From Balanoglossus misakiensis (taxonomy: Eukaryota > Animalia > Hemichordata): a DNA stretch of 64,000 nt. The notes below the pieces were generated by a model. The model saw nothing but the letters and a program-made list of their open reading frames with translations, did not search any database and had not been told where the DNA came from. Numbering within the stretch: position 1 is the first letter of the stretch; every line of letters starts with the position of its first letter. The DNA lies in assembly GCA_040954595.2 (NCBI GenBank), contig CM082577.2, forward strand, positions 1,922,001 through 1,986,000, given 5' to 3'. Below, one piece after another: positions 41,201 through 53,825 of the stretch. The position numbers and the translations under genes were made by a program.

Positions 41201-42019
41201 GGACAATTCTGGTGGCATTTGGAGTTTTATTTTCAACGACTGTGTTGCCAGTCATCAGAAACTCAGGAAACGGATTAAATATTGGGGGAACTGACTGCAT
41301 GACAATTTGCACGATAGCGCTCAAAATTCGAAGTTTTGAAATCTGAAACTTGATAGGGAAAACAAGCAACCAGTTACTGCCGTGAAATGATCTCTGAAAA
41401 GGCTGATCGCTGCCCTATTCAAAATCGGATTTTGACTAAGCGTTGTAGTTTAATATTTCTCTCTTTGTATACATTCCTGATTATCTTTAAAGAGACAGAT
41501 GTTTGTGACAAGATCAAGGCCATGCCAATAAATCCTTGTATTGAACTAAAATTGATTGAATACACATTTCTTGAGAGAGCCGTAAAAATCTCGTGATGTA
41601 CGGTGTAGCGCCCTCTAGTCGTCAGACGTAGGTTTCTTTTGCTAATGGAAAATTCTAAATATACTTAGTGCCTGTTAGTAAATAAAACATTAAATGTGAA
41701 AGCACTTGTGAGCGGAGTCCTGATTTGTACATTTTCTGTGAAAGAAACTTTGATTTCAGCATGCTACACAGTGACATGTGGAATAATGATATTTTTATGG
41801 ATTTGAGAAATACTGTAGATTTTTGTGAGTTTTATGATCAGTTCTATTAAGCTATATGACATTTCCATCAGTTTGCATTGTTGTAGAAGCGTAAAGTATG
41901 GTTGATCTTGATTGATATACTTTTGTGAAAAAAATAAAAATGAGCTCATTTCTTTTTGTTTACTTACATGTATAATGTATTTATACTAATGTGAAAAAAA
42001 TAATCTTTTCTATCACCAG

Positions 42020-42309
42020 TCATGAAAGAAATCAAGAGAAATTCGTGGTGCGATCTCAAACAGTGGCTGCCATTCCAACGGACAATCCATTCTTTGCGAG
42101 TACTAGCAGTCAGGGCAACAGCAATAACCATGGCAATGGTAGCCCCTCTGTTTCCAATAGCAACAACAACGGTTGCCAGAGCATCAACAGCAATAGCGAC
42201 GGCAGCCAAGTCACCTCAGGGAAGAGCGTCACCACGCCGACGGCGGCCGAGAAGCGGAGGAGGAAGTTCTCCAAAGCGGTCAGCGTGCCGACTTACTACA
42301 CGGGCCCAG
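42020..42309 (+). CDS. Internal coding exon (290 nt, phase 2 to 1): HERNQEKFVVRSQTVAAIPTDNPFF...EKRRRKFSKAVSVPTYYTGP
   Basis: Acceptor tcttttctatcaccAG (42018-42019); GC-rich island in AT-rich flanks; donor CAG|GTAGGT at 42309/42310; phase matches the donor at 13328. Confidence 0.8.
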
Positions 42310-42552
42310 GTAGGTGAAGGCAAACTTTTGGACTTTCAGGTTCCCACAGTGAAGGGCACGGATCTGATCTGAATGCAAGGTAGGTGGTTTATGATTTTCG
42401 CAGACTGTCCAGGCTGTGAGGTAAGTGTGTGATGCGTACGTTGTGTTTTGAGAAAATCAGTTTCCATTTTGTGTGTGCCGTCAGAAGTTATGAGTCCCTT
42501 GTGTATTTTTTTCTGATAAAATATGTGATCACTTGATGGAGTGGGAGCAAAG

Positions 42553-42612
42553 AATGGATGAATAGATAGTTGAATGAATGAATGAATGAATGAATTGATG
42601 GATGGATGGATG
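42553..42612. repeat. (TGAA)n/(TGGA)n compound microsatellite
   Basis: tgaatgaatgaatgaatgaatgaa followed by gatggatggatgga. Confidence 0.85.
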
Positions 42613-43786
42613 ACTATACTGTGATAATTGGGACAGTGTCTCCAATTGACAGGTCCTCGAGTACATCCCTCTCCTCTTGTTGCTATGGTGACAGACATAA
42701 GAGATGTTGGTGTGTACAACGCTCTCTTCACTTCAGGGTGAAATGTTGTGAATTTGTGAAAGATGTGTGCGAGAGTGTCCGTTGTGATGAAGGTGTGAAA
42801 ATGTACTGCCAATACACATTTCTCCTGTTTTTAGTCGTTACTTTCAAGACCAGTGAACTTCACTCTGTAATTTCACGTTTTATTGACGTCAATAAAATGC
42901 AACTGCATAACCATGCATGTTTGATTTTGTCTATTCGATGTCTCAGATAAGAAGACTCATTTTTGAAAAATAACCAACTTAAATGTATCTTGATCTCAAT
43001 ATTAAAAGTCAGCATACAACGACAACCACACTTTTACTGGTGTGTGATTCTTACTCAGCGCCCTCTTGTGACTGCATTTTCAATTTTTGCTGAGTATCGA
43101 GTGTTGTGCGAGCCATTGAGGGCGTACAGCATATCACTCTTGTTATGAAATCAGTCATAAATCACCATGAATAATAAAACATACATTCATGGGAATAGAG
43201 AGAGAAAAAGAGCTTGATGCATCTACAGATACTATTCTCACGACTCTAGTTTTGCGTCCAACTGTGCTTGACAGTTATCAGGCCACAGAGTGACTATGAT
43301 CATGCTTAGAATGATAACAATTGACTTGTATATAAAAGAGTTTTTTTTATAATAATTCAGTAATCCATGAAAGGTGACCTTGAATTTCTCCTAGGGAGTT
43401 TTCTGCGCAATTCTATAGTAAAGTTGAACACCACGACCTGCACTCCCACAGTATGACTTTATTTTGGGTCCATGCCACAATTGTAATGCTTCCTACACTG
43501 GCTACATCTATTTGAGGGGTGGAACTCTTCATCTTATGCACACCAGTGTGTGTGTGTGGGGGGGGGGGGGGAATCACCTCTTAATTGGATGCCATGCTGC
43601 TCCCCAGAGACGGGCATCAGCTGAGAACTTTAATTAAACGTTTTTTAAGTCTTCTTCCTCACCATTTGACCTTTTTCTATCACATTTGTTTGAGTTCCTC
43701 GTTTTTTTGTCGCGCTGGTGGACCACCCACTCACATCCCCAGGCATTCCTGCAACCGCAAGTTTTTACTATCACATACTATACTAT

Positions 43787-43836
43787 AGAGGTCCAACCTT
43801 ACCGTAGAAAACAATACATTTGGACCAAACCATGGT
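43787..43836 (+). mobile_element. Diverged partial copy of the 394-498 MITE family
   Basis: agaggtccaaccttaccgtagaaaacaatacatttggaccaaaccatggt aligns to 422-484. Confidence 0.6.
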
Positions 43837-46800
43837 AAATACAGTGAACGTATAAAGCTGACATATAAAAATGCCACTGATTGTCCGTCTAAAATTCCCA
43901 TCTGAAGTCGGCATGTGACCAGTTTAAATGTTAAGGAAATCCTAATTAAAAACCCATATTGATCTGAAAGCGTTTGTCTGTCATGTACATCTGCCTGTTA
44001 TGACTCCCACTGACATCATTGTACTGATCGTGAATGTAATCACGGTTCAGGAATGCAGGTGAAAAATACAATGCAAGTCTACACTTGAGTGAGATTCTAA
44101 TATTGAGATTATGGCCATGTACATTTGAATGTGTTTCTCATCATGCTTGATAGTAGTTAGCTCCATCTTCCAGTTCAACTAAGAAACTTTTCACCAGAGT
44201 ACCTCATCCATAAAAATCCCGAGAAATGTTCGTATCGATCAACACATTACTGTCTGAATGCATTTTGATGGAAATGCATCGGAATTTCCTGTCGGTCGGC
44301 TATTGAGGCCAAAAGCAATAAAAAAAGTGGTAGATGAGATAGGAGACTGGGTTTTGTGCGAGCCGGAAATGTTTGACAGCAGCAGAAGTGATGAGAATGA
44401 CAAAATACTTGTGTCACACATTATTTCAATGTTATTGGTCTGCCAGACACTAGAGTAAAATGCCATTCACTCTGATGGCTTTTCTTTGAGTGTTCCGTGT
44501 ACTTTTCTGATTGATCTCTTCCCTTAGAAGAAATAAAAAAATCAAGTTCACAACGAGTGCCTCGGTGCAAGCACTTTGCGAAATGACATTTTGTTTGACA
44601 CTGTTGCCATGGTCACAGTGAATGTGAAGATGAAATCGAAATCCTCAGTTTTCAGAAACTTTACAAGTATGCCAATCACAGCACGGTAAGCCTCATGCCC
44701 TTTTGACAAGATACAGGATAAGAATAGCTTAAGACGCCACTTCCTCCAGGGACAATTTCTATTTCAACTAAAGACTCGGAGACTTGATGTGGATAAGTCA
44801 TAGAAGTGTATTTTTAGAATTAAAACAGTGAGTTGTTTGACCCTTTGATGTATTTAGGCCAGAGTAAGTAAATTTTTTGTTTTGCGTCCACTCAAACTTG
44901 TGAAAGATATAGGCAGATAAGTAGTTCAAAACCATACACAGAAAATATAAGTTTTACACTCAGGATCCATGGAAAATGTGTCCCAGTTCAAGAACCAATA
45001 GCAACTGTACTTTGATGATTCATGCAAAGTGTGTAGAATTGAGATTAAATGTTTTGTTGTCAGAAGAAGCTAGGCAGTTAATAGCCTATTCAAATGTAGT
45101 TTTTTTTAAACACCTAAATAAAACTATATGTGTGAGGATGCATAACAAAACAATTACTTGGTGTGGCCTATCTTTTTGAACCAGGCATGAAGGATTTACT
45201 GATGGATATCTGAAGAGTCAAGTTTTTGTCCCTTGAATGTTAGAAATGCTAAAAATAGAAAATATGCAAATTTAGTTTTTTTCCTGCTAATGATAGCGTC
45301 CTGGAAAGGTTATGATATCTCCTTTTTGTAATGTTCAGTCCTGCCATACTTGGGGTGCAATTTATAGCCATTTTAGACCAAAAAAACCCTTCACGCATAG
45401 ACATGAAATATCCAAATATGCTTAGTTGCATAAATGTTTCAAAGTCGCGAATATGTATGGTATGATTCCCTCAGGGAATTTGCTCGCAAGATTAACTGCA
45501 CAGAGTTTGCATACATATGATAATATTTCTGTTATAATACTATGCCCGACGGCATTTGACATTTTCTGACAACGTAGTAAATTTTCTAATTATGGAAAAT
45601 CTGGAGAATGAGGTCTTTGTGGGCCAACACTTCCTGTTTTTCTCCCTAAACTGCCCTGAATTAACGTCATCTTTGGTGATTACAGTCAACTTGTTCGCGG
45701 ATGGAGCCAGTTACAGCTGGTGGGAAACAACCCACACAAGCGCGAACGTGATGATTGATTTTTTAGCGTTATGTCATCTCTGCCAGAATTCTGTGTTGCT
45801 GATGCTCTAGTGATCAACAATTTTTTTTAGTTATTTAAAATATGGTGTTTGGCAGATAAAGTTTTACGACTTTTCATTTAGACTTTCTTATAGCGCCTAT
45901 CAAAGCTATCTGTGCATGTTGAGCACTGTTAACACAGGTGTGTATCATCAGTTGAGTGTTTGGCATCAAAATGTCACATGACAGTTTTTATCATCGAAAT
46001 CTGAGTGAGATAACAGCTGGTATCATTTGAATCTCAGATGTTCTCATTGATGCAAAAAACAATTACACACACATGACAATTATTTTCATTTATTGTTCAA
46101 TGATAAACGATAGAGTGATTTTATGGCTATAATTATTGGCGAGATAGGACTGCTTTTATCACTATTATCATTGATGTCCTCATTGATAAAATTAAAATTA
46201 AAAAGACATGCTATCAGGTAACAATTCTTTCCATTTAATTTTCAAACGATAATGGCTGAATATCTGTTATGGTGATCATTTATTGGTGAGATAAGAAATC
46301 AGCTAATCAGATGTTCTAGTTTGATTGACACTGCCCAGGAGGGCTCCATGAATTTTGTTCTTGAATTTTCATTCTGTTTTCCAGGAAATAAGAGTCTTAC
46401 GACAAAGATTTTATATTTCGATAGTAAGTTAATTTGAAATCAGCATATACATCTTCACATCCAGCAGAAACATCTGATACTTATCAAACCTAATCACAAA
46501 CATAACTGTAACAATGTCATTTTCAAAAGCCGTGTAATTTTTCGGGACCCAATAAACTCCACTGCATACTAGTATAAGTTAGGTCGCTGAACCAACATGC
46601 AATGTCCTGATTTTTCTGTGAACCTATGCCTTGATGATCGTATTATGTGGTCCACTTCATGTATCATTTAGAGACTCAAATTTACCGATCAAATTCCTGT
46701 ACTGCCTGTACAAATGCGCTGGATAAACACAGCTCAGTGAGTACAACAAGACAAGGTAACCTTATTCTGAGACTTAAATCATTAAAATTAAATTAGCTGA

Positions 46801-49800
46801 GAAAGCCCAGTCGGGCTTTAACCCCTCCTAAGTAGGAGAATATGTGATGATGATATTTTTGTAGGATGCTCATATCCTGTCCAGACTGTTTTTCTTCTTA
46901 GTCAGGATGGTTCGGTCGAACTGTTGTCAATTTGCAGCTATAAGCTGTTTGGTCTCAGCAGTATTGGACTTCCTGGACGTGTAATAAACCTCAGGAAGTT
47001 GAGATAGCGAAGAATTTCATGTCAGGAAGATTTCAATAAGGTGCTTTAAGCACTCGCGATTGTAAGCAATTAGATGGTACAAAAACAAGCACAGTGTATG
47101 TCGAGCTAAAGTGAATACAATCAGCAGGGGACAAGAAGAATACACCAGAGGCAAATTGTCGACAACTGCACGGGGAAAAAAAGTCATGATACTCATCGGC
47201 GGTTATCAGTTTTGTGATTAACCTTGACGGGAACATTTGAATGGACAGCACAGGAAGCGGGGAGGGAGGGGGGGGGGGAGACTGTCATCCCAGGTGTAGT
47301 TGACAGGTGATGCAAACCGGATAATATGTATACGCTTGACCATCTTAGTAAAGTGATGGAAGGATTGTCGTACGTCATCCAGTTACCAAGTGATAGTGGA
47401 TGCCATAACAAGAGGCTGAGAACGTTTCCACTCCTGACTCGGCGACGTCATTCGCTTGTGATTCTGACGCTGGCTCCACGAGAATTTCTCGCTGGTGGAA
47501 GGTTTGATGACGCCAGGTATTCATTTGTGATAGCTGGGGCTTTAAAATTTTGATCGGAACTCAAGAAAGAGAACCAAGAAAATGAATTGGATATTTATGA
47601 CATGCCATGCAAATTTTACAACAAGACTATTAATATTTGAATCCAGTCATCAAAATAAGCATGGAACAGCAAAGCACACGTCATTGGACTATTTCATTGT
47701 CTCCCGACTATTCAAATAATGCTAATTTCCACCCTTTAAAGTCAGAGTGTTTTAGAGGCAATCTTTAGAATTTGTAAGTAATCATCCACAAAACCATGAA
47801 AGCCAACGTAACCAGAGGACTCTCGCAAAAGAGCATCTCCATGGAGACGGCATTGTTTTGCCCCAAGCAGAGGCTATTGGTGTAATTTCCTCGATAGCGA
47901 GAAACCCATTCTTGAGTTTGTCTTCCAGGGGCAGTTTGTTTTCCAGTCTGTACATTTGTGTTTATAAATATCTTGACATTTCAAATATGGATTCTTAGTT
48001 TCAGTCTTTCTTACTTTTTCCACCTCCTGGTGGTTGAGTAAAATCCTAGACCTACAGACTATTGTGTTTTGATCAAAACATAAACCATGTACATGATCAG
48101 TTTGCCATTGTGTCCAGGATTTGTATTAAAAAGCCTTTGCAGTTTGAAGTATTTCACTTAGAGTCAGAGTTCTTTCAGAAATGTTTTTGTAAATAATCAT
48201 TCTTCGCAAGACAGCAAATATATGACTTAAGCTTTATCCCAGTTTATTTAACCTTGTTATCGTATCGTCTGAGTTTTTTTCGTGATATCAGATCTTTCAC
48301 GGACTTGGTAACTGTGCACCTGCCGCAGGGCATGGTGTGTCTTGCCTCGTGCTTTTTACACAGAGATAGGCATCAAATTTCAGCTCTCCTGGTTATTTCT
48401 TAGTATATACATAGTTCAGCTTTAAAGTCGTAAAGACTCTGCTAGCTGTTGGATCCGTCTCAGGTGTCCAAATAAAAAACTTCATATATACCATACATTT
48501 GTATATGCTGAAATTGTAGGTTACAGATTTTTTAGGCCCTACTGACACAATCAAAGATGAAAGGAAATGTCTTCATTGTCACTGTTTGGGTTTATTTGTT
48601 GTTTATATAAAAGCATCAAATGCAGACCACTTTAGAAATCATGAAAATGCAAAATGAGACAAGCATACTATTAAAGTGAGTTTTCCACTTTCAGCGATAT
48701 GCCATCACATTTTTCCCCATTTGCCCGAAAGTTCCACAGAGAATGCCATTAATATTAATGGTCAAATGTGCTGTTATTGGATTACCATTCTCTCTATAAT
48801 GCACTTTTTATGCGCCACAAATTTTATGGCTAGACCTCAGAATCGGCACTTTAGGCATAGCTCTCTGTATATTTGTCGTCTAGCTGAAGTCAGTGTAGAC
48901 AGAGAACTGTTCTAGTTATTACTGACCCAGACAAATGGTGCAAATTTGCCAGAGGTGGAAAGAAAAAAAAACATGGTGAATTTATATCGTCATCTGTTAG
49001 GTCAAATTTTAAATGTTCCTGAATAGAATTCAGGTCTTTCGTGTAGATATTTGTTATGAGTGTGGTTGTTTTCTACCAGAGATCAAGTAAAGATTTACTC
49101 AGACAGCAGGGAGACTGAGAGAGAAAATTGTCCCCGGGTGAAAGATACATCATTGCTTTTATAGATTGTTGTGAGCAGCAGAGTTTAATGTGTAGCATAA
49201 TCATGAATCTAAAATAAGTGATATCATCAACAAGCATGTTACTTGGCAAAACAGTAATATAAAGTAATAAGATGGAATTGTGCCAGACTACGGCAGATAA
49301 ATATAAAGCGAGAGAGTTACATGATATGTTTATTGCTTGCTGGGAGGTGAATCTCCTCCATTGCCTGTCCAGTGCAGGGTGGCATAGTCAGAAAGTGCGG
49401 GTGAACAGCAATAAAACATACAGTAATCGCTGGTCCTTTTTTACAGCTTGTTCGCATTCTCAGAAATTGCCTGGATAAAGCATTATCTGACACAGCAAAT
49501 TGAGGCACCAGTATGAGAATTAATGTGACTGGGAAAGAAAGATTGTTTCAGTGGGAGGAATTAAATCAGGAACACCGACATGTATTTGTATTAGTGCATA
49601 GATAATAGTCAAATGGTGATTACATTTTCTGTTTATCACATATTGAGTTAATTCAATGGTTGTCTGAATGCACCTGTCAGTCTTTCAGACTCAAGTTGTA
49701 ACGGGCAACTGTTAGGGTCATGGGTACGACTTGGGATCATGGGTCATTTCTGAGTGGCACGGACCATACAGAGGGATCTGATGAGCTCTACTGTCAGGCG

Positions 49801-52299
49801 GGACAGTTATTTCCCCTCTTCATTTCCATTGCACAATCTGCGACCGGAAATTTGTCATTTGGGAGAGAGAGAGATTCACTGTCACCGTCTTATAGATGGT
49901 GCACTCATACCGGTATATCTGCATTATTAGTTGAGGAAAGATGTATGAGGAAATTAAGGGCTAGCTAGCAGCAGAAAAAAGTCTGCTTTTGGTGTCATCA
50001 AGGTTGTATTTATGCTCTTTTAGTATGCACAAGGTTTGTGGTTTCTTTGCTAGGAAGATGGCACCATCAATGATCATAAACCTTTTGGACAGGATCGGGA
50101 AGTAACCTCGAAGTATGCACCAGTAAACTTGCATATAATGGCGTTTGAACTACTACTATGCCAATTCTTGAACTTGAAGCAAACAAGTTTTCACTGGAAA
50201 CCACTGATTAATTTCACATACTACTCTGAAACTTCTGTTAAAAGCGAAAAAGACAGAATTTGAGCGCTAGCCCCAGCCCGGTCTGCATGCATTTTCTGCA
50301 CTGCTTTGGTTGGTACGAGCCAATACTATCATGATCGCCAGCTGCCCTGGATGCATTATGTGCAGGTCTTTGTACGTCAAATCTGCCCACTTCAGCTTCC
50401 ATTTATTTTTAATAAAGATATTGCCATGCATTTAAGGCGATTATGCTGGCATGATAATGTATTAGTTCAGGGTCACCACATCGCTTGTGTATATCTCTGT
50501 TGATGGTGGCAGCTTGCAGGTCCGGCTGTCCCATATCTGCCAATGCAGCACATACAGTTGTTTCGATAAAGTGTCTCAAGCATCAAAATGTTATTCATGT
50601 TGGAGCTTGAGTGGCAAGTTGTCAAATGGTGCAAGATTGGAAAAAAGGTGCATAACCCTCAACATTAGTGATTGGTCGAGTTGCCTGTTTGCAGTTGGAC
50701 GGATTTCGCTATCCTGCCATCGGTGAAGTGTAAGAAAACCGCCATGGCAACAGCGAGGGGCTGATGGTGTTTCAATAGCAACAGATAGCGTATGTTTGCC
50801 AGTCTATTAACGATAATTGCCTGAGTGATGTTTTAGATTTTTAATAACAAAGCTTATCACTCTGCGACACTTCAGAGGTGACAGGCATAGGAGCTATTAA
50901 ACTGTCGCAAACGGTGTCAGATGGTGCCAAACTCCGAGTGTGATATGGATCGACTCGCAGCAATACAAATTTGAGGGGTTCAAAATGATTTAATTGATGA
51001 ATAGGAGAGAGGCACGTTGTGATTGCGGAAACATCAAGTCAGGCCTAAATTGCAATTACAGAAGTTTTTGTTGCATGTGGGAATTTCGTATCTCCGTAAC
51101 AGGACCGTTTAATTTCTACTCTAATCAGTCTGTGCAGTCAACCAACACCCAGCTGTCAATCATCAATCTGTGGAGGATTAAATCTGAATTTTTTTAATTG
51201 GTGCAGCAGTTGGGTGAATTAAATCCAGACTGTCTGCAATTAGAACTCTGTTTGCAGAGTAATCACCATCTGTGTTATACATTGTAGTTCTATTTGAGTA
51301 TTATTTCTAAATGGTGTTAATGAGACAACATTGATTGTAGACACATTCAACATTTAATAAAGTAAATACCGGTATAATGTAAATAGTTATGCACTGTACC
51401 AGTATGTCTACTGTGCAATGCGTGTGAACACATACCAGTTGCAAGTCAGGAAACCACATTACACTTTAGCTCATTGTATGTCTGGAAGAAAACGATTATC
51501 AGGAAATGTCTCAACTGCTGGTCGTCTTATTACAGTTTCAACGTGGGTTTGAGGAGCACAGTATCCATTTAATCACAACATAGCTTTGTTGCAAAGGGAG
51601 TGGCGATAGGGTAATGAGAAAATATTCCCCCACTCTGACTTAATTGTCAGTGTTTTCCGATCAGAGTATATTAGTGTCAGCACAGACTGCATGGACTTCT
51701 GAAGTCACGACAATTCCTTAAGATGTCAATCTGCAAATTAAAGATGACATTGCTGGAAAATAAGAACATTTCCGTTCTCAATTGCAACAATGCAGAGAGA
51801 TGCTGAGTGTGTAAAGAAGAACCTTTGATAGTAAAGTGCTTTTTATTGAGTTTTTTTCTGCGTCTGAAACTTTTTTCTTTGGTAAATGCAGTTCCAAACA
51901 TTTAGCTTGTGATTCTTTTTAAAAGTCGTATCGATATCCCCGGAAATCCAATGGATTTCCTCCCTTATCTACAGTGCTGGTGCTAATATGTGATTATGGC
52001 AAACTCGGACGAGAAACTGTCTTGTTTATTATCGCTTGGCATTTCAATTGTACTTTAACCCAATTGACCAGTCAGAGTCTGTGGCAATTGAACTGTATCT
52101 GCGTAAATTGCAAGTCTAGATTGAAAGGCAGCTGGAATGAGGGAAGGCTTGAATCTCCCGTGTGGGGCTCGACTGATTGATTATCGGCTGTTGTGTATCA
52201 CAGTAACCGTGGAAACACCGACAGTGCCAAGTGATGTTCGGTGTGTCGTGCGTGAAGATAACGGAGCTGTAACTCGGGGGAAATAAATGAGGCAGTAGC

Positions 52300-52326
52300 G
52301 GGGGGGGGGGGGGGGGGGGGGGGGGG
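52300..52326. repeat. Poly-G tract (27 nt)
   Basis: Directly visible. Confidence 0.95.
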
Positions 52327-53638
52327 AAACACAAGAACTTACAAACTGATTTTTCCCGATTAATGACGCGAAATTTGAGAGGATTTCTCGTAATTGTTGG
52401 TGGTATGGGCTAATTGTCTGGCAGTGCAGGGTGACTGAGAACTATGCAGTGGGGGTTTTGTGTTCTTGTCATGCTGGAAAAATCCTCTGCCAGCAAAAAT
52501 TCACCCCGTGATTAATAGCAGACAATCACAGTCATTACTTCTATGTCTGCAGGGATTTTCTGCCTGAAGGTCACAGACCATATTTAGCAAATTGCGTAAT
52601 TTTTTTTAGCCATCACGCTGTGTCATTTCTGGGTGGCATCTGTGTGTGCATGCGCTCGGACATGTGCTTACAGTCGTCGTCAGAGATTTGCTGGGGTGGT
52701 GCTTGGACCAAATTTGATGAATTTGATCAAGGTATGTCGAAATGATCATTTGGCTAGACAGACTGATGTCTAATCAAGCTGATACACCAATGAGGGGCTT
52801 CTGCGACCTTTCTGGAGGTGCTCTGAACTGGCTTCCGTCGCAGACATGTCAGATACTTACTGTGCTGGGGTTCCCATTAGCCTTTCCAATATAACCAAGC
52901 AGATTGAACACCGGGATATATGTGATGCAATGATGGAACACCTCAGGTTGTTTCCGTGTTCACAAATTATACACATTCAAATACCTTTAGTTTTATCCAG
53001 GAAAAACAACTCTGACAGCCGTGAGACCGGATATTGTGTTTAACAACATCTACCCTTTAACATTTTGAAAATGTCGTCACGGTAATTTACTGCAAATTTA
53101 ATGCCTCCAAAATCATTATATACCTCTGGAAAGGAACTGGCGGTATTCATGACTAGTGACGTTATTGGCATGTTCTGGTAAAGAGCTCCCCCTCACCAGC
53201 ATCAGCTTCCCACATCTCTCTGTAGAGTAATATTTCAGTAATGAATGCTGATTATTCAAGTTGTGATGATCAACTTGGGACGTGGTCTGCGTATTGGAAA
53301 AAATTATATTGTAAATCCTTTCAAGCTGGTTTGTGTTTATTGCAGATGACACGTAGCCAGAATAGCTTTTATTTATGAATCCATTCCGGTGACTGATTTG
53401 CCGGGATTGTCTCCTCTAGGCCGGCAACTAATTCCGCTGGTCCTTGGCCTATGGATGAATATAACCATAATTTCAGGCAAACGGCCTTGTTTTGCATTTT
53501 TTGGTGTTTGGATGTTCACGTAATGAGATCCAACCCTTCATTTTATCAATAAGAATCCAATATACAATTTCGTGTATTTCTTGTTGATATTGTGAATATA
53601 AAGTTCTCTTATTACTGCCACCAAATACTCAAAACTCA

Positions 53639-53825
53639 TTTAAATGTCACTATATATAACTTTTATCTATTTTGGTCTGTTTATCGACCATAGTCTTCTG
53701 TTCAGCTCCATGCACCAGGAATAAATGCCTAGTATTTAACTTGTCAACATATTCTGTGTGTGCATAATCGGCATTGTTATTGTTCAAAAATTGTAGTACG
53801 AGAATAGTGTCTAAAGAATGGCAGA
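53639..53825 (+). mobile_element. Truncated diverged copy of the 495-807 MITE
   Basis: Begins ttaaatgtcactatatataactttt (TIR-like); caacatattctgtgtgtgcataatcggcattgttattgttcaaaaatt closely matches 598-644. Confidence 0.65.

Noticed and set aside
44630-44685. ATG...ACG|GTAAGC mini-exon (MKSKSSVFRNFTSMPITA) just after an X-box
   Set aside because: It ends in phase 2, which does not fit the phase-1 downstream exons; it shows that such ATG-donor pairs can arise by chance.
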